Origin: Microcoleus sp. | GTDB lineage: Bacteria; Cyanobacteriota; Cyanobacteriia; Cyanobacteriales; Microcoleaceae | Assembly (NCBI GenBank): GCA_052279835.1 | Contig: CP181291.1 | Span: 4,416,001-4,480,000 of the forward strand | Length of the DNA stretch: 64,000 nt | Direction of reading: 5' to 3' | Shown: positions 57,579-64,000 of the stretch, in pieces | How positions within the stretch are numbered: position 1 is the stretch's first letter | Layout: every line of letters starts with the position of its first letter | Translations under genes and position numbers: made by a program | The notes under the pieces: model-generated | Told to the model about the DNA's origin: nothing | Databases searched by the model: none | What the model saw: the letters and a program-made list of their open reading frames with translations, nothing else

Positions 57579-58522
57579 TATGAACTCTTAGGAATGTACT
57601 TAACAGCATTCTTCTCCGAAAGCGGTTCGATCTGCTTTTGATTGACCAAAGCTTGATGAATTAGCGCTGCAGCACTCCCCCGACTGAGTAACTCGTTCGG
57701 ATTTAGAACTCTCGGGTCTGGATAATTGACCACTATCTTTGCCTGTGTCGCTGCTGCTACTGCATCAACCGCATTTTTAGGAATCCGATCGGCATCTTTA
57801 TAGTATGATTTAAGAAACTTTAATGCCGAAATCTTGGAATTAGCAACGGGACTTTTTGTAGTCGTTGGCGGAACAGTTTTAGCAGGTTTAGGTTGCTGCT
57901 GCTGTTTTGTTGATATTACAGGCAATAGCGGCTGCATTAAAACCGTTGATGCCAAGGGAAATACCAAACGATTCCTAGTAGCTTTTCGACGTTGATTTGC
58001 AGGTACTACCCGTGTGGTGGCTTGACTCGCTGCTACAGGGCGATCGTAATTCAAATCTAAACCCTTCATTAAGGCAACTAATGCTTGTACCTTAGTCATT
58101 GGCTGCTTTGGACGAAACTCGTTTCCCGGAAACTCTTTCATAAATCCCGTTTCATAAGCTTCTTCAATCGGAGGTACTGCCCAATTGCCTTGTGGCACAT
58201 CTTTAAAGGAACTTCCACTGGGTAGATTTCTAATTCTTGCTTTGTCAAAAGCTTGGCGAATCATCGCTGCAAACTCATCGCGATCGACCTTTTGTTTAGG
58301 TTTAAACATTCCGTTGGGATATCCCGTAACAATCTCTTTTTTAGCTAAGGATTGAATAAACGGACGCGCCCAGTAATTTTGCGGTACATCAGGAAATGTC
58401 GATTTGGCTTGTTGTTGAGCAACAACTTGCTGGGAATTTAGCACAAAAGCACCGCCGCTCACACTAACGATGAAAGCTAAAAAAGAACCCTTGACTAGCG
58501 GTAAATGCCAGCTATTACACAT
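57575..58522 (-). CDS. S-layer homology (SLH) domain protein
   Basis: FPDVPQNYWA...GYPNGMFKP...RDEFAA; FKDVPQGNWA; signal peptide. Confidence 0.9.
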   Translation of the reverse strand: MCNSWHLPLVKGSFLAFIVSVSGGAFVLNSQQVVAQQQAKSTFPDVPQNYWARPFIQSLAKKEIVTGYPNGMFKPKQKVDRDEFAAMIRQAFDKARIRNLPSGSSFKDVPQGNWAVPPIEEAYETGFMKEFPGNEFRPKQPMTKVQALVALMKGLDLNYDRPVAASQATTRVVPANQRRKATRNRLVFPLASTVLMQPLLPVISTKQQQQPKPAKTVPPTTTKSPVANSKISALKFLKSYYKDADRIPKNAVDAVAAATQAKIVVNYPDPRVLNPNELLSRGSAAALIHQALVNQKQIEPLSEKNAVKYIPKSSY

Positions 58523-58629
58523 GATAAAACATCCTCTTGTTGTTTGACAATTGCAGTAATTTGTGGGGCGGGTAATTTATGTTTAGCAATAATAAATAAC
58601 TCCCAACCCCTGTTCAATTTATCCGCACT

Positions 58630-59541
58630 CTAACGCTCTTCTACCGACAAATCTAACTTTTCGCGCCGCAGCGTTTCTGTTGACTCAACAGTTTCCTTGT
58701 CCACTTCTTTTCTGATGTTAACTTCCTCGCGCAGGAAAGCTTGTTTTTTGATATCGGCAGTTTCTTCGTGCAGTTCCATATGCACCGTTTCTTGTTGTCC
58801 GAAGGCAGCCTCTGGACTGACGGGAGTCCCTGCATTTTCTGGAGTTACGTGTTCAATTACAGCACGCTCTTTTGCTACAGTAACTGAAACTTTTGCAGTT
58901 TCAGTTTCTACGCGCTTGCTAATTATTACTTCGCCAGTTTTGTGGCGGGTTTTGTCGGCAATTAATCGTTCTTCGTACAGTCTGATTTTTATATTTTCCT
59001 GCTCGTTCATCTGGTACAGTTCAGGTTCTTGCTCATAACTATAAGTGTTGCGGTCATAACCAGCAGTCGTAGCTTGGTTAGATACAGGAGGTGACACAGA
59101 AACGCGACTGGAGAGGGTGACAATTGGTGCTGTTTCTAAAGGCAATGACGCTTCTACAGGTGCAGATGCTCCGGCGGTTGGAGTGCGATAAACTTTCCGC
59201 ACTTGTTCTTCGTAATCGTAATCAACGACCATTCCGTTTTCGTATCTGGCTAGGTTTTCGACTTGCTGTTTGTTCTGCAAACCTCTGGCGTAAACGCGCT
59301 GGGTATTGAAGTCTACCCGACAAAGAGCGATGGGAACTAATACTTTTTTGCCAAAAATCCAAACGCCTGTTTCAACTGCAAAATATCGAAAACGCCCTGT
59401 TTCATCAACTAGCACGGTATCGATCGTGCCAATTTTTTCATCGGTATTTCCTGCACAGACATCGAACCCTTTTATATCTTCACCATGAAATGCTACTTCG
59501 CGGTAGCTAGGATTAAAATCTTCTATTTTGTAAAGTAACAT
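58630..59541 (-). CDS. PRC-barrel + DUF2382 (YsnF/AvaK) domain protein
   Basis: EKIGTIDTVLVDETGRFRY..., IRLYEERLIADK, REEVNIRKE, ETLRREKL. Confidence 0.9.
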   Translation of the reverse strand: MLLYKIEDFNPSYREVAFHGEDIKGFDVCAGNTDEKIGTIDTVLVDETGRFRYFAVETGVWIFGKKVLVPIALCRVDFNTQRVYARGLQNKQQVENLARYENGMVVDYDYEEQVRKVYRTPTAGASAPVEASLPLETAPIVTLSSRVSVSPPVSNQATTAGYDRNTYSYEQEPELYQMNEQENIKIRLYEERLIADKTRHKTGEVIISKRVETETAKVSVTVAKERAVIEHVTPENAGTPVSPEAAFGQQETVHMELHEETADIKKQAFLREEVNIRKEVDKETVESTETLRREKLDLSVEER

Positions 59542-59721
59542 TTCAATTATTCTCACTATGTTACGTTGAATTTTAGCTAAAAATCGCTTTCACTACATCC
59601 TGCTTATGAAAGATTGTTTACTAATAAAATAATAAATAATGTTATAACTAAGGGTAGATATGTTAATTATAATTTTAAAATACAATGGGGTATCAACGAT
59701 CGCGATCGGAATTAATTTTTT

Positions 59722-60336
59722 ATGACCTACGATTCAGAACCACTCAGGAGTGAAGTTGCTCAGCCTACAATTGTCAATCCGGCGGTGAATTATCACGATC
59801 GAGTCCGGTGGGGGCCTGTTTTGGCAGGAATTGCGATCGCCCTGACAGGTCAACTTTTGTTAAGCGCTTTGGGAGTTGCGATCGGGTTGAGCGCAGGTGC
59901 AACGGGTGCTAATGCAGGTTCTGTTAGTCTGGCGGTGGGAATTTGGTCGATTGTTAGTTTGCTAATTTCCTTATTTTTGGGCGGTTGGGTAATGGCTCAA
60001 AGCTGCGGCCCCATGACTAAGAAAACAGCTATTTTGAATGCAGCAATTCTTTGGGGAACTACATTAGCACTTAGTTCTTGGCTGTTAGCAAGCGGGATAT
60101 CTGGTGCTGTTGATGCTGTGGCGGCTAATGCTGGAGAAATTGCCGATCGAGTACAACAACAGGGAGGCGTTAATATACCGAATCAAGTGCAGAATGTAGA
60201 CCCAAATCAAGTTCGCGACATTGCTGGCAATACAGCTAAAGCTACTTGGTCATTTCTACTCGGCTATGCGCTGAGTTTGGCAGCGGCAATGATTGGTGCT
60301 GCTGTTGGCGCTCGCAAACCCCGCATTTATGCTTGA
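59722..60336 (+). CDS. conserved membrane protein
   Basis: DRVRWGPVLAG followed by 4 TM segments. Confidence 0.75.
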   Translation: MTYDSEPLRSEVAQPTIVNPAVNYHDRVRWGPVLAGIAIALTGQLLLSALGVAIGLSAGATGANAGSVSLAVGIWSIVSLLISLFLGGWVMAQSCGPMTKKTAILNAAILWGTTLALSSWLLASGISGAVDAVAANAGEIADRVQQQGGVNIPNQVQNVDPNQVRDIAGNTAKATWSFLLGYALSLAAAMIGAAVGARKPRIYA

Positions 60337-60476
60337 TTGGCGGTGATACTGCAAATCCGACCGCCGCAGCCAATCTGATTATTTTATGCCATTGGGATGA
60401 TGCTTCATTCTTGAAGAAGACGATAAAGCTAAAATTTTTAGATAAGGTGTTGACACGATTAAAAGGAGACAAAGTA

Positions 60477-61046
60477 ATGAAAAAACATGAAATGTGGCAA
60501 AAATATACATCTTTAACAAGTTCGTTATTGGTGACGGCAACAGCTTTAGTTGCTCCCTCTTTCGCAGCCAACAAAAGTCCAACTCCATACAAAGTTGAAG
60601 TGCAAAATCAAGGTGAATCTCTACTAGCACAAATACCCGATAGCTGTCGCCAGGTTGTTGCCGGTAACGGTCTTAATGTGCGGCAAGAACCGACGACGGA
60701 CAGCAAAGCGATCGGCATTATCGGCTCCGGCAGAAATGTGACGATTCAAAGTCTGGGCGAGAATGGCTGGGTACCAATTACAGCACCGCTAAAAGGCTAC
60801 GTATACGGTGGTTTTCTCGGAGAGTGTAAAGCGGCAAATTCTCCGCCTCCTACTGACTGCCGCCTAGTTGCAGCCCTCAGAGGAATTAACGTATATCAAA
60901 CACCTTCGACTGATGGAGAAACGACTGGTTTCGTTGCGAATGGACGCAGAGTGACGATTGAAAGTTTAGGAACCGATGGTTGGGTGCCAATTACAGTACC
61001 TCTGAGGGGCTACGTCCAATCGGAAAACCTGGCATATTGTCGTTGA
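60477..61046 (+). CDS. secreted protein with two bacterial SH3-like domains
   Basis: GLNVRQEPT...GWVPITAPLKGYV and GINVYQTPS...GWVPITVPLRGYV; start uncertain. Confidence 0.8.
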   Translation: MKKHEMWQKYTSLTSSLLVTATALVAPSFAANKSPTPYKVEVQNQGESLLAQIPDSCRQVVAGNGLNVRQEPTTDSKAIGIIGSGRNVTIQSLGENGWVPITAPLKGYVYGGFLGECKAANSPPPTDCRLVAALRGINVYQTPSTDGETTGFVANGRRVTIESLGTDGWVPITVPLRGYVQSENLAYCR

Positions 61047-61072
61047 TTTAAAAAATAGCAATTGAAAAAACA

Positions 61073-62200
61073 GTGATGAATCGCCAATCAAACCCAGAAA
61101 AAGAAACTGATTCAAAGCAAAAGTCTAGTTTGTTAAATGTGGTTGCCGACACAGCAGAATCTGCACTGAAAGCAGGCAAAGCGGTTGTTGACAGGGCAGT
61201 TGATTTGGGCGAAGCTGGTGCTAAACAAACTTATCGATTAATTGGACACGCAACGCAGGGAACCGGACAAGCTGTGACTTTTGTTGGCAATCTTCCTTTT
61301 GTCAGACAAGTTGCAGGCGTGTTCAGGGTTGATTGGTTGGTTGGAGTCAGTTCGCGAGTCGATTTGGCCAAAGCCGAAGCGGAAGCCAAGCAACTCCAAC
61401 AACAGTATCCCAATGAATATCCCAGCGAAATTGCCCATCGCATCATGGTGCAAAAAGCGCTCCAAGCAGGTGGTGTCGGACTTGCTAGCAGCTTTTTACC
61501 GGGTGTTGCGGCTGCACTGCTGGCGATCGATTTAGTCGCGACTACTGCGATTCAAACTGAAATGGTTTATGAAATTGCCGCCGCTTATGGGATGGATTTA
61601 CAAGATCCAGGGCGAAAAGGCGAGGTTTTGGCAATTTTTGGGTTGGCGCTGGGCGGTAGCAATGCTATGAAAGCAGGTTTGGGCTTTTTACGCAATCTAC
61701 CCCTGGCTGGTGCGATGATTGGTGCGAGTACGAATGCTACGATGCTGTACGCCCTGGGATATGCGGCGCGCGAGTTTTATGAAGCTAAATTGAGAGAAGA
61801 TAGTGAAGAACCTGCAACCAAAACGCTGCAAGCGATTCAGCAACAAAGTGAAAAATATCTCGATGTGGCGATCGCCCAACAAGCAGTTATGGATCAAATT
61901 ATTGTGCACATGATTCTAGCAAGTTATCCCAACAAAAACTGGGAAGATATTTTGCCAGAATTGAAGGTGTTGCAATTAAATGCCCATTCTCTGAATACGA
62001 TTGCTACTAATATTAAATCGCCCCAACCATTAGATGCTTTGTTAGAGCAGATCAACCCCGACTTTGCCGTACCGCTATTAGCTCAATGCCGCCGCATTGC
62101 TGAAAGTAGCGGGGAAGTCTCGGAACCAGAACAGAGAGTGCTCGGTGCGATCGCCGATCGCCAAAGCAGCTCGCCAAAAATCGACGCTCTCGATCGTTGA
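61073..62200 (+). CDS. EcsC family protein
   Basis: EIAHRIMVQKA...IDLVATTAIQTEMVYEIAAAYG...LPLAGAMIGASTN. Confidence 0.75.
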   Translation: MMNRQSNPEKETDSKQKSSLLNVVADTAESALKAGKAVVDRAVDLGEAGAKQTYRLIGHATQGTGQAVTFVGNLPFVRQVAGVFRVDWLVGVSSRVDLAKAEAEAKQLQQQYPNEYPSEIAHRIMVQKALQAGGVGLASSFLPGVAAALLAIDLVATTAIQTEMVYEIAAAYGMDLQDPGRKGEVLAIFGLALGGSNAMKAGLGFLRNLPLAGAMIGASTNATMLYALGYAAREFYEAKLREDSEEPATKTLQAIQQQSEKYLDVAIAQQAVMDQIIVHMILASYPNKNWEDILPELKVLQLNAHSLNTIATNIKSPQPLDALLEQINPDFAVPLLAQCRRIAESSGEVSEPEQRVLGAIADRQSSSPKIDALDR

Positions 62201-62208
62201 CTTAACCT

Positions 62209-63027
62209 ATGAGCGACCCAAACCTTCCAGAAAAACCAGCCCTAGAACAAGAGCGCAACGAGATTTTAGAGCAGCTAGAAGATTGGCTGGAAACTCCCAT
62301 GCTCGTCCTGTCATTTGTGTGGCTAGGTCTATTTATTATTGAATTAATTTGGGAATTAAACCCATTTTTAGAAGTCGCTAGCACCGCAATTTGGGCGATT
62401 TTTATTGCAGATTTTCTACTTAAACTCGCCGTTGCACCGCGCAAAGTTTCCTATATCAAAAGCAATTGGATCGCAGCTTTTTCTCTGCTGTTACCTGCTT
62501 TGCGTACATTTCGATTTATCCGAATTTTGCGAGCATTTAAGACAGCACGGGCTGTCCGAAGTTTGCAGTTGTTGCGAGTCATGACTCGTACCAATCGAGG
62601 GATGCGGGCATTAGCTGCAAGTGTTAAACGCAGAGGATTTGGTTATGTTGTAGGACTAACGATAATTATTACGTTGGTAGGTGCAGCAGGGATGTATGCG
62701 TTTGAAAAAGATGTCGCCGATAGTTCTTCGGGTTTAAATGATTACGCCACTGCTTTGTGGTGGACGGCAATGTTGATGATGACATTGGGTTCGGAATATT
62801 GGCCAAAAACGCCTGAAGGTCGCATACTTTGCGTTGTTTTGGCACTGTATGCTTTTGCGGTTTTTGGTTATGTAACTGCGACTATTGCCACATTTTTTAT
62901 CGGTCGCGATGCAGAGGATGAGGAAGCCGAATTAGCAGGAGCAAAATCAATTGCAGCCTTGAGTGCTGAAATTGCGGCCTTACGGACGGAGATTCAGCAA
63001 TTACTGCATCAGAACTCAAACTATTGA
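62209..63027 (+). CDS. ion transporter / 6-TM potassium-channel-like protein
   Basis: Arg-rich S4 (LRTFRFIRILRAFK), pore region ALWWTAMLMMTLGSEYWPKTPEGR. Confidence 0.85.
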   Translation: MSDPNLPEKPALEQERNEILEQLEDWLETPMLVLSFVWLGLFIIELIWELNPFLEVASTAIWAIFIADFLLKLAVAPRKVSYIKSNWIAAFSLLLPALRTFRFIRILRAFKTARAVRSLQLLRVMTRTNRGMRALAASVKRRGFGYVVGLTIIITLVGAAGMYAFEKDVADSSSGLNDYATALWWTAMLMMTLGSEYWPKTPEGRILCVVLALYAFAVFGYVTATIATFFIGRDAEDEEAELAGAKSIAALSAEIAALRTEIQQLLHQNSNY

Positions 63028-63033
63028 ATCAGA

Positions 63034-63120
63034 TATAGCATTTCAAGCCAAAGATGAGGTGCCGCTGGGCCTAAAAGCATCGCGCATCGCGCATACCTCA
63101 CTTTCTTGAGGATTGCTATA
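63034..63120. repeat. short inverted-repeat-bounded element (MITE-like)
   Basis: TATAGCA...TGCTATA ends with an inner TCAAG..TGAGGT / ACCTCA..CTTGA pairing. Confidence 0.5.
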
Positions 63121-63274
63121 GATATCAAGATGGTGTAGGAAACCGGATAATTAAAATCAGGACTTTCAAGATAATTCGGCGGTTGAAACCGCGTCTACAA
63201 AAACGATGTCGCCCTGCGCCGACTGGTTTGTAAAGAATCTCCAAAACCCGGATTTGCTATAGCATGACATCATT

Positions 63275-64000
63275 TCATGGTTTCCGCGAGGGAGCGCTTT
63301 CCCAGCGATCTAGTATATCTTTGATTACAACTTCTTTAACCCAAGTTTGAGCAACAATTAGGATTGGGAGGGCTAGCAATAATCCTAAAAAACCCAATAA
63401 AGAACCAAATGCTCCCAACAAAGCTAAGGTGTATGCCGGAAGCAGAGACACTTGCTTTTCCATAATTATAGGTGTAATAAAATTGCCTTCTATTTGTTGA
63501 ATCGCAAAATAAAGTAACAAGACACCACCTGCTTTTCCTGGAGAATCCAACAAAGCTAGCAGCATTGGTGGAACTACGCTCAAAATCGCCCCAACATAAG
63601 GAATTAAAGCCAATAAAAATGCCAAAAATCCGTTAATAAAAGGCAGTTGCACTTGCAAAAAAAACAGACCCACAGCGCTCGAAATCCCAATAAAAGTCAT
63701 GCTCAATGCAATTCCCGCCAACCAGCCCATTAAATTTTTTTCACATTGAGTCAGAATTTCATCGACTCGGTGGCGGTAAAAAGCGGGAAACAGCCTGATT
63801 ATTACTTGGCGGTACGGCACGGGATTTACCACAAGCATAATTGTCAAAACGGTAATTAACAAGAAATTAATTACTAAACTGAGGGAGTTGGATAAAAATA
63901 GATAGATATGGGAAATTATCCACTGAGAAAGGGTTTGGAGTTGTTGGCTTAAATTATCAAGATTGGGAATATTATTTAAGGCCAGTTCCGGCACTTTTGC
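63275..64000 (-). CDS. AI-2E (PerM) family transporter, 3' part
   Basis: IPYVGA, QQIEGNFITP and GLLGFLGLLLALP-type motifs; start lies outside the window. Confidence 0.9.
   Translation of the reverse strand, partial: AKVPELALNNIPNLDNLSQQLQTLSQWIISHIYLFLSNSLSLVINFLLITVLTIMLVVNPVPYRQVIIRLFPAFYRHRVDEILTQCEKNLMGWLAGIALSMTFIGISSAVGLFFLQVQLPFINGFLAFLLALIPYVGAILSVVPPMLLALLDSPGKAGGVLLLYFAIQQIEGNFITPIIMEKQVSLLPAYTLALLGAFGSLLGFLGLLLALPILIVAQTWVKEVVIKDILDRWESAPSRKP

Noticed and set aside
57163..57641. ORFs 57163..57468 and 57309..57641 as genes
   Set aside because: They are frames running through the decayed cruG duplicate.

Overview
Cyanobacterial chromosome segment (abundant HIP1 GCGATCGC octamers, por, cruF/cruG, egtCBD, cyanobacterial small dispersed repeats; a filamentous Oscillatoriales/Microcoleus-like origin is inferred). 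Ordinary genes are interleaved with three accessory regions. (1) 4.9-20.2 kb, all minus strand: ChW-like repeat protein, membrane-anchored substrate-binding-fold protein, vWA protein, large FtsZ/tubulin-like (Tubulin_2/FtsZl1) protein, membrane Ser/Thr kinase, three COP23 proteins and two trypsin-like proteases. Four of the exported or membrane proteins end in a shared P-[LV]-[WF] C-terminal motif. (2) 37.1-41.2 kb: a four-gene cassette (hypothetical, QueC/QatC-like, XRE-HTH/ImmA-IrrE, PIN) with a near-consensus promoter overlapped by a perfect 16-bp inverted repeat. It sits between tpsB and tpsA, apparently replacing most of a first tpsA gene, and is a candidate new defence system. (3) 49.6-57.6 kb: an island bounded by a duplicated cruG 3' end joined at a HIP1 site. 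It carries an HTH-NB-ARC-WD40 (NLR-like) gene divergent from a GC-rich M43 protease gene and an ADYC gene pair; the M43 gene and the first gene of the pair are each preceded by the same 79-bp element with 11-bp-periodic repeats. Two single-base frameshifts and several in-frame repeat insertions in genes were also seen. No rRNA, tRNA, CRISPR array, transposase or integrase was recognised. All family calls come from motif recognition by eye; no database search was run.
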